Made by a program: the position numbers and the translations under genes | Virus record (IMG/VR): IMGVR_UViG_3300045988_006872 | Coordinates: 1 to 42,017 of that record | DNA from: a virus | DNA length: 42,017 bases | Reading direction: 5' to 3' (one strand) | Shown: positions 7,890-17,771 of the stretch, piece after piece | Position numbering within the stretch: the stretch's first letter is position 1 | Layout: every line of letters begins with the position of its first letter | The notes under the pieces: model-generated | Told to the model about the DNA's origin: nothing | The model's input: the letters and a program-made list of their open reading frames with translations, nothing else | Databases searched by the model: none

Positions 7890-10172
7890 ATGGCGGATGG
7901 GAAAATCGTTGTGCAGGCGGAAGTTGATGCAAAAAAAGCACAACGGGAGCTTGACAAACTTACGGCAAGAATCGACAAGCTGGAAACCGACCTGAAAAAG
8001 AGCAGCGGAGAGCAAAGCGGGATCAAGGCGCAGCTTGACGCGGCAAAGGAATCCGCAAAACAGGCAGAAACTGCGTTGAAATCGTTGCGCGCTGAATCTG
8101 AACGGCTGCGGCAGGTCACATCCGGCGAGGTGTCTGCATCGCCTGATGCGTATATTTCTGCATACAGTCGGCAATCCGAAGTTGCTGCACAGATCAAGGA
8201 ACAGGAAGCGCTTCTGAAAGAGCAAGACAAGATCGTTGAGAGCTTGGACAGCAAGTACGCAAAAATTACGGACAAGGTAATGGAGCAGACCTCCGCGCTG
8301 GATGCGGCGAAGACACGCGCAGGAGAGCTGACGCGAGAGATCACAAACGCAAGCGGCGCGTCTGAACGAATGGAGCTTGCCGCAAAAAATGTTTCCGACA
8401 GCAGGAACACGTTCAGCAGGCGTGTTTCCGGGCTTTTTAAGCGTGTCCTTGTATTCTCTCTGATTACCAGAGCTCTGCAAAGCCTGCGGACATGGCTCGG
8501 AAAAACAATCATGCAGAACGATGCGGCGCGTGCAGCGGTTGCGCGGCTTAAGGCTGCGTTTTTGACGCTGGCCCAGCCGATTCTTCAAGTCGTGATCCCC
8601 GTTTTTGTGAAGCTTGTGAATATCCTCACGCAAGTTGTTACTGCGATTGCAAAGTTCTTCGGCATGCTGTCCGGTAAAAGTTGGGGCGCGCAAGTCGCAG
8701 CGGCCAAAGGGCTGAATGCGGAAAAAGAAGCAATCGAGGGGGTAGGCTCCGCAGCCGAAGACGCCAGCAAGAGCATGGCAAGCTTCGATGAGATCAACCA
8801 GATTACCAGCAATCAGGCATCTGGAGGCGGAGGCGGCGCAGGCGGGGCGGCGTCTACGGATATCGCGCCGGATTTCGCAAATCTCGACATGGCAGAGGAC
8901 AAGCTCCACGACATTCTCGGCTTGGTAGGAGCGATTGCAGCAGGGCTTCTGGCATGGAAAATTGCGAGCTTGTTCACGAACGACCTGAGCAAGATTTGGG
9001 GTATCGCCCTTGCTGTTGCCGGGGCGTTTGCGCTTGTATACTTCTGGCTGGATGCTTGGAATAACGGGATTGATTTACAAAACTTCCTCGGGATGCTGGC
9101 AGGGCTTGCCGCGCTTGCAGTTGGACTTGCAATCGCCTTCGGACCAATCGCAGCAGGAATTGCGCTCGTTGTAGGCGGTCTTGCCATGCTGGTTGTTGGT
9201 ATCAAGGACGTTATTGAAAATGGCTTCAATTTAGTAAATACGCTTACGATCATCGCAGGGCTGCTTGCCGCCGGTATCGGCATTTCGATTCTGACGGGTA
9301 GCTGGATCCCACTCCTGATTGCGGGATTTGTTGCCGCTCTGGTTGCACTTGTTTCCTTTACCGGACATGGCGAAGAACTAATCGAAGGCCTGAAAAATAT
9401 CATAGACGGATTCGGTAAATTTTTCAAGGGTGTGTTTACGGGTGACTTGAAGCTTGCCGCAGAAGGCGCGAAACAAATTTGGGAAGGGCTTAAGCAGACG
9501 TGGAATGCCATCATAAACTCCATCAAATATGCATGGGATATGTTCATTACATGGTTACAATCAAAAAGCCCCATGCTCGCGGCGATTTTCCAGACATACG
9601 GAAACTTTATATCCGGCCTATTCAACAGTATAAAGCAGTGGCTAAGCGGAATCATCGAGTTTATCAGCGGCGTTTTTACCGGAGACTGGGCAAAGGCGTG
9701 GGAAGGCGTAAAGGATATATTTAAGGGAATCTGGAATGGAATCATTACCGCTGTTGAATATGCGATAAACTTTATCATCAACGGTATAAACCTCCTAATC
9801 TCCGCGCTGAATACCATTCATTTCGAGGTTCCTGATTGGGTTCCTCTAATTGGCGGTAGTTCTTTCGGAATTAGCATTCCCCTAGTGAGCAACGTTGCGC
9901 TTCCTCGTCTCGCGCAGGGCGCAGTCATCCCCCCAAACCGCGAATTTCTCGCCGTTCTCGGCGACCAGAAGAGCGGGACGAATATTGAGACGCCGCTGGC
10001 AACGATGGTGCAGGCCTTTAAGCAGGCCATGAACGATACCGGAGGCATGGGCGGCAGGCAGATCACGGTTGTTATGCAGCTCGACCACAGAGAACTTGGC
10101 CGCGCGGTGTATAACCTTAACAACGAGGAAACACAGCGCGTCGGCGTGAAGCTTGCGGGGGTGAAGGCATGA
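7890..10172 (+). CDS. Tape measure protein
   Basis: 760 aa: N-terminal coiled coil, central block of Gly/Ala-rich TM-like helices, C-terminal 'LAVLGDQKSGTNIETP' motif. Canonical position. Confidence 0.9.
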   Translation: MADGKIVVQAEVDAKKAQRELDKLTARIDKLETDLKKSSGEQSGIKAQLDAAKESAKQAETALKSLRAESERLRQVTSGEVSASPDAYISAYSRQSEVAAQIKEQEALLKEQDKIVESLDSKYAKITDKVMEQTSALDAAKTRAGELTREITNASGASERMELAAKNVSDSRNTFSRRVSGLFKRVLVFSLITRALQSLRTWLGKTIMQNDAARAAVARLKAAFLTLAQPILQVVIPVFVKLVNILTQVVTAIAKFFGMLSGKSWGAQVAAAKGLNAEKEAIEGVGSAAEDASKSMASFDEINQITSNQASGGGGGAGGAASTDIAPDFANLDMAEDKLHDILGLVGAIAAGLLAWKIASLFTNDLSKIWGIALAVAGAFALVYFWLDAWNNGIDLQNFLGMLAGLAALAVGLAIAFGPIAAGIALVVGGLAMLVVGIKDVIENGFNLVNTLTIIAGLLAAGIGISILTGSWIPLLIAGFVAALVALVSFTGHGEELIEGLKNIIDGFGKFFKGVFTGDLKLAAEGAKQIWEGLKQTWNAIINSIKYAWDMFITWLQSKSPMLAAIFQTYGNFISGLFNSIKQWLSGIIEFISGVFTGDWAKAWEGVKDIFKGIWNGIITAVEYAINFIINGINLLISALNTIHFEVPDWVPLIGGSSFGISIPLVSNVALPRLAQGAVIPPNREFLAVLGDQKSGTNIETPLATMVQAFKQAMNDTGGMGGRQITVVMQLDHRELGRAVYNLNNEETQRVGVKLAGVKA

Positions 10173-10561
10173 CAAGCATTTTGAGCCTTGACGGCAAGGA
10201 GTATCCGAATCTGCATGTTGTGAGCCTAAAGCGTTCGTTTGCCGTCCTCGACGGCGACAACGCAGGCCGCGTCATGACTGGCGCGATGACCCGTGACATC
10301 ATCGGCACGTACTACAATTACAGCATGGAGATCGATCCGGTATCCTCCGATCTCTCCGAATATGACGAATTTTATGAAGCGATTTCCGCCCCAGTAGACA
10401 GCCACGTTCTAACCGTCCCTTATGCACAGACTACGCTCACCTTTGACGCTTACGTCGCAAACGGCGAGGACGAGCTTGTATCCAAGTATGGCAGCCGCAA
10501 TGATTGGCAGAACCTCGCGATTAATTTTGTCGCCATGAAGCCCAAGAGGACGCCAGTATGA
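10169..10561 (+). CDS. Distal tail protein-like (putative)
   Basis: 130 aa, ATGA overlap with the tape measure gene. Called on position only. Confidence 0.45.
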   Translation: MTSILSLDGKEYPNLHVVSLKRSFAVLDGDNAGRVMTGAMTRDIIGTYYNYSMEIDPVSSDLSEYDEFYEAISAPVDSHVLTVPYAQTTLTFDAYVANGEDELVSKYGSRNDWQNLAINFVAMKPKRTPV

Positions 10562-12021
10562 GTGTAAAAGTTGTTTACGAGGACGTCGCAGTCGGCGCAG
10601 CTGACGCCGCGACCGTTGCGAGCAGCGACGCAAATGCATTTTCCATCATCCAAGATCTGCCGCACGGAACAAACCAGCTGTTAATCGAAACGAACGAGCT
10701 GAACCAGTGGATATTGGACGGCTCCCGGAAGATCCGCACGGCGGAGACTGCGGCGTTCTGGTCGGCGGAGCAGAGCAAGGCGGACTGCACCTTCGATACA
10801 AACCCGACGATTACTGTCACGCTGGACGGTGTATTTGCGTCCTCCGGCATCTTCTTTAACTTCGACGGCGGAGCAGGCGATTATTGCAGTGAGCTGACGC
10901 TTACGTGGTATAACGGTAATACAGTTGCGGCGACGCAGCAGTTCATGCCGGACGCGCAGAAATACTTCTGTGCAAAGCCTGTATCGGCTTATAACAAACT
11001 GGTAATTGAGATCACGAAGACAAGTTTGCCGTACCGGTACGCGAAGATTCGCCAGATCTTTTTTGGCATCGTTCGCGAGTTCGAACGGGCGGATCTGCGA
11101 AGCGTCAGTGTGACGGAGGGTATCAGCGTGATCTCGGACGACGTTGAAATCAACACGCTTGATTTCACGCTAGACGATTCCGATGATATCGAATTTATTT
11201 TCCAAGAGAAGCAGCCAGTAAGTGCCTATGACGGAAGCAATCTGATCGGCGTGTTTTACATCAAGAGTTCGTCCCGGTCGAGCGCTCGCCTGTACGACGT
11301 TTCGTGCCATGATGCGCTCGGCGTCCTCGACGACGAGCCGTTTTCCGCTGCAATCTACAGCGGCAAGAACGCAAAGGATCTGATCACAAGCATTCTCGGT
11401 GGGCACTTTTTGCTCGACATGGACGAGAGCCTGCAGGCCGAGACCGTCACAGGCTATATTCCGGACTGCACCTCTCGCGAAGCCTTGCAGCAGATCGCGT
11501 TTGCGCTCTGTGCAACTGTAGATACGAGCGGCAGCCGTGGGATCTGCGTGCGTAAGTTGACTACGGATACGGCAACAGAGATCCCACTTGACCGGCTCTA
11601 TACGGGCGGAAGTGTGGACACCTCCGCGATTGTGACAGAGGTGCGCATCACGGCGCACAGCTATTCTACGTCCGGCAGTGGCGACAGCGTGACTGTTGGC
11701 GGAAAGACCTACTACCACACGACATCAGTCACGGAAAAAACCAATCCGGACGTCACCACCAGCACAAAACCGAACGTCATTGAGGTCAAGGACGCGACGC
11801 TGGTCAACCCCAGCAACGTCGCCACCGTGGCGCAGCACGTCTACGACTATTACATGCGCCGCCAGACGCACAGCGTGAAGATCGTTATGAAAGGCGAAGT
11901 TCCGGGCGATTACGTCGAGACCACAACGCCGTGGGGGACAAAGATCACCGGAACGATTACCGGCATGGGGATCCGGCTCAGCGGTATCGCGGCGGCGGAC
12001 TGCGAGATTATTGGCACATAG
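10558..12021 (+). CDS. Tail tip / baseplate hub-like protein (putative)
   Basis: 487 aa, overlapping start, second gene after the tape measure. Confidence 0.5.
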   Translation: MSVKVVYEDVAVGAADAATVASSDANAFSIIQDLPHGTNQLLIETNELNQWILDGSRKIRTAETAAFWSAEQSKADCTFDTNPTITVTLDGVFASSGIFFNFDGGAGDYCSELTLTWYNGNTVAATQQFMPDAQKYFCAKPVSAYNKLVIEITKTSLPYRYAKIRQIFFGIVREFERADLRSVSVTEGISVISDDVEINTLDFTLDDSDDIEFIFQEKQPVSAYDGSNLIGVFYIKSSSRSSARLYDVSCHDALGVLDDEPFSAAIYSGKNAKDLITSILGGHFLLDMDESLQAETVTGYIPDCTSREALQQIAFALCATVDTSGSRGICVRKLTTDTATEIPLDRLYTGGSVDTSAIVTEVRITAHSYSTSGSGDSVTVGGKTYYHTTSVTEKTNPDVTTSTKPNVIEVKDATLVNPSNVATVAQHVYDYYMRRQTHSVKIVMKGEVPGDYVETTTPWGTKITGTITGMGIRLSGIAAADCEIIGT

Positions 12022-12022
12022 A

Positions 12023-12334
12023 ATGGAGGTGCGACATTTGGTACAGGGAGATTCTTACAACCTAATCGTTACCGTTAAAAATAAAGGGGAGCCACTGGAC
12101 ATTGCAACTATCAAGAAAGTAGAAATATCGCTGCTTTATTTGCAAAAAAGTTATCCGGGTGAAGTCAGATACGAAGACGGGAAATTTCTGTTTCCCCTCA
12201 CCCAGCAGGAGACCTTCCGGCTCCCGAAACTCTGCCAGATGCAGGTGCGCGTGAAATTCAGGAGCGGGGACGTGATCGGCTCGGAGATCAAGCAGATCGA
12301 CGTTGTGCATGCGCTTTCAAAGGCGGTGTTGTGA
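12023..12334 (+). CDS. Small tail/baseplate Ig-like protein (putative)
   Basis: About 100 aa. 'VQGDSYNLIVTVKNKGEPLDI' resembles the BppU_N-type Ig domain. The start is uncertain: ATG 12023, or TTG 12038 which sits behind GGAGG. Confidence 0.5.
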   Translation: MEVRHLVQGDSYNLIVTVKNKGEPLDIATIKKVEISLLYLQKSYPGEVRYEDGKFLFPLTQQETFRLPKLCQMQVRVKFRSGDVIGSEIKQIDVVHALSKAVL

Positions 12335-12582
12335 TGGGCGGCATCGAATTTGAACTCAAGAATCGTGAACCGGTCGACGTTTCCTTTAATGTTTCCGTGC
12401 GCGCTGACAGCGGCACCGGCTGCGGATACAACATCGGCTCCGGCCTCAAACTCGACGCGGCCACCAATACCCTGTCCGTCGACACGGCGGAGGCAGTGGA
12501 GAAGGACAACACCAAGCCCGTAACCAGCGCCGCCGTCTATACCGAGGTCGGAAACATCAATGCCCTGCTGGCGACAATCTAA
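12331..12582 (+). CDS. Tail fibre N-terminal-type small protein
   Basis: 83 aa, ATGA-style overlap. 'KPVTSAAVYTEVGNINALL' is a common phage fibre motif. Confidence 0.55.
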   Translation: MMGGIEFELKNREPVDVSFNVSVRADSGTGCGYNIGSGLKLDAATNTLSVDTAEAVEKDNTKPVTSAAVYTEVGNINALLATI

Positions 12583-12594
12583 AGGAGTGATTTT

Positions 12595-13476
12595 ATGAGC
12601 ACACAGACGGAAATTACCAGACTGCAGACCGCGCGGAACAAGCTGCGCACATGGCTCGTCGGCCTCGGCCTTGCCGCGAGCACGGACAAACTCGACGCGC
12701 TGGCAGACAAGGCCGCCGCCATCAAGAATAACGGCGCGATCGATGCGCAGGTCAAGGAGGGCGAGAGCTACACTGTTCCGAAGGGCTATCACGACGGCAC
12801 AGGTACGGTCAAGGGCGTCGGAGGCGGCGGCAATTACCAGCTGCAAGCCAAGACCGTCACGCCGACCAAGGAGCAGCAGGCGATCACGCCCGATCAGGGC
12901 TATTACGGCCTGTCCGGCGTCACCGTCGGCGCGATCCCGGAAAACTATCAGGACGTATCCGCGACAACGGCCGCGCCTGGCGACGTACTGGCGAACAAAG
13001 TCTTTATCGACGCAGACGGCGTGACGCAGGCAGGCACCATGCCGGACAACGGCGCAGTATCCAAGGTTCTGGACGCCACGACCGGCAATCAGGAATACAC
13101 CGTCCCGGCGGGCAAGCACTCCGGCGCGGGCAAGGTATCTGTCGTGCTGGAAACCAAGTCCGCCACGCCTGCCGAGACCGCGCAGGACATCACGCCAACA
13201 AAGGGCAAAGTCCTCGGAAAAGTAACGGTAGGAGCGATTCCCGCCAAGTACAAAGACGTTTCCGGCGTGACCGCCGGAGCGGCTGACGTGCTGGACGGAA
13301 AATTCATTGTCGACGCGACTGGCGCGAAGATCGAGGGCACGATGGCCAACAACGGCGCGATCGCAAAGACCATCGACGGCCTCACACAGACAAGCGTCGC
13401 GGTCCCGGCGGGCTACACCTCCGGCGGCACGGTATCGCTGACCGACGCGATCGAAACGGCCCTCGCCGCAATCTAA
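12595..13476 (+). CDS. Tail fibre protein with internal ~97-aa tandem repeats
   Basis: 293 aa. The unit '...TP...ITP..G..L..VTVGAIP..Y.DVS..TA...DVL..K.F.DA.G....GTM..NGA........YTVPAG...G.G.V' is repeated about 2.4 times. Confidence 0.6.
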   Translation: MSTQTEITRLQTARNKLRTWLVGLGLAASTDKLDALADKAAAIKNNGAIDAQVKEGESYTVPKGYHDGTGTVKGVGGGGNYQLQAKTVTPTKEQQAITPDQGYYGLSGVTVGAIPENYQDVSATTAAPGDVLANKVFIDADGVTQAGTMPDNGAVSKVLDATTGNQEYTVPAGKHSGAGKVSVVLETKSATPAETAQDITPTKGKVLGKVTVGAIPAKYKDVSGVTAGAADVLDGKFIVDATGAKIEGTMANNGAIAKTIDGLTQTSVAVPAGYTSGGTVSLTDAIETALAAI

Positions 13477-13486
13477 GGAGGCAGGC

Positions 13487-14836
13487 ATGAGCATCCAGAG
13501 CGAAATCGACCGCATTATCACGGCAGTCAGCGCGGCGTATGACGCGGTGGAATCCAAAGGCGGCACAGCCCCAGCGGCGCAGACCATTGAAAGCCTTGCT
13601 ACAGCAGTCGGCACGATTTCGACCGGGATCGCGCTGCAGCTGATTGTAACGGTATCTGCCGGAGCGACGGTCACGGCGACAAACGGCTCAAAAACAATCA
13701 GCGGAACATCTGACAGCACCGGCGTTTGTACGCTTACTGTGCCGGAACCCGGCACATGGAGCGTATCTGCAACGCTGGGCGGGCAGACGTCCGACACAAA
13801 ATCCGTATCCATCACGGACAGCTACGCGGTGGCGCTGACGTTCTTCTCCGCGACGATCACCGTAAACGTAGATGCCGGCGCGTCCGTCACGCTGAAAAAG
13901 GGCGGGACGACTATCGCAACAAAGACAAGCAACGGGACGGCGGTTTTCACCGTCACGGAGACGGGTACATACACTGTCGAGGCCACAAAGAACGGGCAGA
14001 CTGTGAGCGGCTCCGTCAATGTTGTTTCCGGCACGACATCCTACACGCTGACGCTTTCTTTCGTAAGCTCCACGCTCAACGACAACGAGTGGAGCGTTAT
14101 CAAGTCCGTTTCCGACGCGGGACAGGGCGCGAACTATTGGAGCATTGGTGACCGAAAGGCGGTCACGCTGAACGGCACGGTCGGTGCGCTGACGCTATCT
14201 AATTACACAACATATGTGTTTATCATCGGATTCAACCATAATGCCAATGTCGAGGGCACAAACCGCATCCATTTTCAGCTTGCAAAGACCGCGCTTTCCG
14301 GCGGTACGGACGTTGCCATCTGTGACAGCTATTACAATGGTGCGAGCGACGGTTTCCGAATGAATACCAACGACACAAACTCTGGCGGATGGAGAGCGTC
14401 GAATATGCGCAAGAGCGTCTGCGGCACAAGCCTGTCAAGCTACTCCGGCACGATTCTTGCCGTCATCCCGGCAGCACTCCGCACCGTACTGAAATCCGTG
14501 ACGAAGTACACGAACAACACAGGCAACAGCAGCGCAGCCAGCGCGGTAACGGCAACGACAGATTACTTTTTCCTCCTGTCCGAGTACGAAGTATGCGGGG
14601 AACTCGTCGCCAGCAACACGAACGAAAAGAGCAAGCAGGCGCAGTATTTGTATTACAGCGCGGGCAACAGCAAAATCAAATACAATCACGGCGAGACAGG
14701 TACAGCCGTTAATTGGTGGTTGCGTTCCCCGGCTGCCAACGGACTCGACAGCTTTATGATGGTGTATAAGTACGGGTCAGCCACCTATTACCCCGCGGGC
14801 TACTCGTTTGGCTTTGCCCCCGGCTTTTGCGTATGA
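13487..14836 (+). CDS. Receptor-binding/tail fibre protein with two Ig-like repeats and a lectin-like (DUF6273-like) C-terminal domain
   Basis: 449 aa. Repeats 'VTATNGSKTISGTSDSTGVCTLTVPEPGTWSVSA' and 'VTLKKGGTTIATKTSNGTAVFTVTETGTYTVEA'. C-terminal 'NWWLRSP...GFAPGFCV'. Confidence 0.6.
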   Translation: MSIQSEIDRIITAVSAAYDAVESKGGTAPAAQTIESLATAVGTISTGIALQLIVTVSAGATVTATNGSKTISGTSDSTGVCTLTVPEPGTWSVSATLGGQTSDTKSVSITDSYAVALTFFSATITVNVDAGASVTLKKGGTTIATKTSNGTAVFTVTETGTYTVEATKNGQTVSGSVNVVSGTTSYTLTLSFVSSTLNDNEWSVIKSVSDAGQGANYWSIGDRKAVTLNGTVGALTLSNYTTYVFIIGFNHNANVEGTNRIHFQLAKTALSGGTDVAICDSYYNGASDGFRMNTNDTNSGGWRASNMRKSVCGTSLSSYSGTILAVIPAALRTVLKSVTKYTNNTGNSSAASAVTATTDYFFLLSEYEVCGELVASNTNEKSKQAQYLYYSAGNSKIKYNHGETGTAVNWWLRSPAANGLDSFMMVYKYGSATYYPAGYSFGFAPGFCV

Positions 14837-14847
14837 GGGACAAGCAC

Positions 14848-15216
14848 ATGGAGTATATCGTATATAAGCGGTTCCGTGGAGCGGGAATAGATGGGGAATT
14901 TAATCTCCGGTACGGAACGGCTGTAACGGAAGACGGAGGATTTCTGATCGCGCCGGACGGCAGACGGATATGTGCTGCGACGTCCGAGAACGGATGGGAG
15001 CATTTCAGGCCGAACACGCAGGAAGGTGCCGAGCGGCAGAAAATGCTTGAACGCCTCTATCAATGGTATTCAAAGCACGGCTGTGGTGAAGACTTTACGG
15101 ATGAAAAATGGCCGGGGCAGGAAAACGGCTACTGGAAAAACCGGCTGCGGACCGCAAGCACAAGTCTGTTGAGGCAAATATACAAGGCAAAGATTGGAGG
15201 GAACGCATGTATATAA
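14848..15216 (+). CDS. Hypothetical protein (fibre locus)
   Basis: Internal Met of track ORF 14827-15216, behind GAGGGA. Confidence 0.55.
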   Translation: MEYIVYKRFRGAGIDGEFNLRYGTAVTEDGGFLIAPDGRRICAATSENGWEHFRPNTQEGAERQKMLERLYQWYSKHGCGEDFTDEKWPGQENGYWKNRLRTASTSLLRQIYKAKIGGNACI

Positions 15217-15524
15217 TCACGAGCGAAGGGGCGTTTGCCGGATACGCGGACAGAGTTATCCCGATCAGGCTGCATCAAAACGGTTGCTATGTCCCATGCG
15301 GGGAGAGCGAAGCAGAAGGATTCTGCGCACAAAAGGCAATCACGCAGACGGATAAGGAAGGGAACGAATACCGAACGCTGGCCGATACAGTGTACCGGAC
15401 GGAAGGACACGCAATGAAAGGAACAGAGCCGGTCGGAAGCTACAAACAGCATGGCGCAGCCGTTCCGCTGACCGAGGCGGAAGCCGCGCTTGCAGAATTG
15501 GAGGCAGTCTATGACGCAAGATAA
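15207..15524 (+). CDS. Hypothetical protein (fibre locus)
   Basis: Internal Met 'MYIITSEG' behind GGAGGG. Overlaps the preceding ORF. Confidence 0.55.
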   Translation: MYIITSEGAFAGYADRVIPIRLHQNGCYVPCGESEAEGFCAQKAITQTDKEGNEYRTLADTVYRTEGHAMKGTEPVGSYKQHGAAVPLTEAEAALAELEAVYDAR

Positions 15525-15837
15525 ATTGGAAAAGCTCAAGTCTGCCATCAAGGACGGCAAGCTGGTGCAGGAGGCGGGCGGCATCACCAGCACCCTGACG
15601 CAGTCGGACAAGCTAGGCTTCGACTGGCGCAACATCTACGTCAACAAGATCCTCGTCCGGCAGGAGTACGTTGAGCAGGCCGTGAAAGCCGGCACGGCGG
15701 ACAACCCAATCGTGTGGGCCTCCGGCATGCCCCTCATCCAGAACGCGTACTACACGCACAACGGCGAGATCAAGGTCTGGATGGGCACGGCCGGGAAAAA
15801 GGCCGACTGGACAGACGCGGCCTTTGTGCCGATTTGA
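15511..15837 (+). CDS. Hypothetical protein (fibre locus)
   Basis: Internal Met 'MTQDKLEKL' behind GGAGG. Confidence 0.55.
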   Translation: MTQDKLEKLKSAIKDGKLVQEAGGITSTLTQSDKLGFDWRNIYVNKILVRQEYVEQAVKAGTADNPIVWASGMPLIQNAYYTHNGEIKVWMGTAGKKADWTDAAFVPI

Positions 15838-15867
15838 TAGCGCAGAAGGGAGAAAGGCTGAACGTGC

Positions 15868-16356
15868 ATGAGCACCATCATTGACATTCTGATCACCGAC
15901 CGGACACAGGCGGACGTGGAGCGCGTCAAGGCACTGGCCGGGAAGGGCTTTGCGGCTATGACGGCAGACGAACAGGCGGAATGGCTGGCCGGGATGAAGG
16001 GCGCATACAACGTGAGCGATTTGAACCGTGTTGGCACGGCTCTGAACTATTTGACTGGGCGTCTCGCGCCGCTCTGTGGGAAGGATATCCAGTGGCCAGC
16101 TAAGACGGATTGGGGCCTGACGGACGTTATAACGGCGTCACAGGCCGCTGTATACCGGCAGCAGATACAGGATGTGCGAAACGCGCTGACGTATCCACCC
16201 GGAACGCCTGCTGCGCCGGAGATCGACCGGCTGACGTACACTGGCGCAAACGATATTGAGCGCATTTTGTCGCTGTGCGAAACGCTGATCGATAACATCA
16301 TTAAGGCGTTTCGGTACACCGGCGCGGCGGAATGCGCCGCAGGAGGACTGATATGA
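15868..16356 (+). CDS. Hypothetical fibre-associated protein
   Basis: 162 aa. The 'ITDRTQADVERV...YNVSDLNRV' pattern recurs in Firmicutes phage fibre loci, as far as I remember. Confidence 0.55.
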   Translation: MSTIIDILITDRTQADVERVKALAGKGFAAMTADEQAEWLAGMKGAYNVSDLNRVGTALNYLTGRLAPLCGKDIQWPAKTDWGLTDVITASQAAVYRQQIQDVRNALTYPPGTPAAPEIDRLTYTGANDIERILSLCETLIDNIIKAFRYTGAAECAAGGLI

Positions 16357-17768
16357 AAGACAGACAACCGACACAGGTGCTGGCCAACGGCGCGATCCGA
16401 TACGGCATTTACGGCGTCGACGGAACGCTCGACCGCTACGAATACATGAAGCGCGAGGACGAGCCCACCATCGAAGGTACGCCGCTCAATAAGGCAAATC
16501 TTTTATCCGACGTGACGGAGAATAAGATCTGGAACAACAAGGAGAAACCGACTGATCCGACCGTCAACGATGCGCTGTACGAGTTATCTAAAGGCACGGC
16601 GCGTATTGGCGACATCTCCATGACTGCCCGCGGGGATCGCTCGGCTTCGTGGCTCCCCTGCGATGGACGAGCGATCTCAAACGTCACGTATCCGGATCTG
16701 TACAACGTCTTGCGGACGGACGTAGACGCGGGAGACTGGGACGAAATTGAAGTCACGGGCATGATTGGCACGCACCCGTCGATCTCGTACGCGAATGGGC
16801 ATTGGTTTATCGTAGCGAAAAGCGGGAACAACTACTCGTTGAAAGTCGCGACATCAGACAATCTTGAAACATTCACGGTTGCGAACATCAGCAACGTTGG
16901 AACAACACAAAAAACGGTGGTCGGATGCAGCAAAGTGCGCTACTACGATGGCAAATATGTATTTGCCTATTACACAACAAGCGGATCGCACAGGGTTTGC
17001 GTTATCTATGCAACGTCCCCGAACGGGCCGTGGACGGTTGCTGCAAATGAGTCCCTGAGCTCTCCGGAAAGCTACATAAATTGGGAGCCCGGAGAAGTGC
17101 TGATCTATGGCGGAATCTACTATGTTATGCATCCGAGATACGCAAAGGTACAGCAGCAGAGGTACATATGGGCATCCGATTTAGGCGGGAACTGGGACTA
17201 CGGATCAATAACGCAGGAGTACGTCGGTTCGTTCGTGCAAGATGCAGAATATGGGCCTATTTATGCCAGCAAAAATGCTGGTGGCATGCAGAAGTTTATG
17301 GGCCTCGGCAGCACGCCGACTGCACTTCCGGCCCATTTTGGATACCCGGGCCCCGGCCTTGCGGTAAGCGGGAGCAAAATCGTTGTTGTAGAGGGAAACC
17401 AAATATCCTATTCGCTCGACGGCGGACAAACAATCGCCGGGACAACGGCGCTTGGTGGTACATATACCGACTCCGTCCGAAACATGGCGGTTTACAATGG
17501 CGACCTTCTTGCCGTTGCGCTTGAAAACTCCAATGGGCACTATATTGCCGTAATGAGTGCGCTGGATGCTGCGCCCGTGATTGCTTCGACCACATACAAT
17601 GTTGCTGGGCTTGCGATCGGTGGGAACGTGGTTGCCGGTATCGTCGACACATCCTCAGATGAGCAAATTAAAATCCTGAGAAGGGATTTTTCCTACTCCG
17701 CAAAACGTATCCCCAACATCACCCCCGATGGCCGCAGTTATGCTTACATCAAAGCGCTGGAGGAATAA
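16353..17768 (+). CDS. Tail fibre / receptor-binding protein with tail-collar-like motif and beta-rich C-terminal domain
   Basis: AGGAGG RBS. 'IGDISMTARGDRSASWLPCDGRAISNVTYPDLYNVL' fits the phage tail collar pattern. The C-terminal ~330 aa are beta-propeller-like in composition. Confidence 0.65.
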   Translation: MKDRQPTQVLANGAIRYGIYGVDGTLDRYEYMKREDEPTIEGTPLNKANLLSDVTENKIWNNKEKPTDPTVNDALYELSKGTARIGDISMTARGDRSASWLPCDGRAISNVTYPDLYNVLRTDVDAGDWDEIEVTGMIGTHPSISYANGHWFIVAKSGNNYSLKVATSDNLETFTVANISNVGTTQKTVVGCSKVRYYDGKYVFAYYTTSGSHRVCVIYATSPNGPWTVAANESLSSPESYINWEPGEVLIYGGIYYVMHPRYAKVQQQRYIWASDLGGNWDYGSITQEYVGSFVQDAEYGPIYASKNAGGMQKFMGLGSTPTALPAHFGYPGPGLAVSGSKIVVVEGNQISYSLDGGQTIAGTTALGGTYTDSVRNMAVYNGDLLAVALENSNGHYIAVMSALDAAPVIASTTYNVAGLAIGGNVVAGIVDTSSDEQIKILRRDFSYSAKRIPNITPDGRSYAYIKALEE

Positions 17769-17771
17769 GCC

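Noticed and set aside
7787-9817. Minus-strand ORFs (241, 346 and 334 aa) antisense to the tape measure gene
   Set aside because: Same artefact. The + strand tape measure reading (coiled coil, TM-like block) is compelling, and the antisense products are Ser/Ala/Arg/Pro-rich with no motifs.
12151-13815. 554-aa minus-strand ORF across the fibre genes
   Set aside because: It is antisense to four co-linear + strand ORFs with RBSs and fibre motifs. Its composition (R/A/G/V) indicates a GC-driven open frame.
14700-14836. Possible diversity-generating retroelement acting on the lectin-like C-terminus of the receptor-binding protein
   Set aside because: The genome is closed. No ORF resembles a reverse transcriptase, and no template-repeat copy of this segment is visible downstream or elsewhere.
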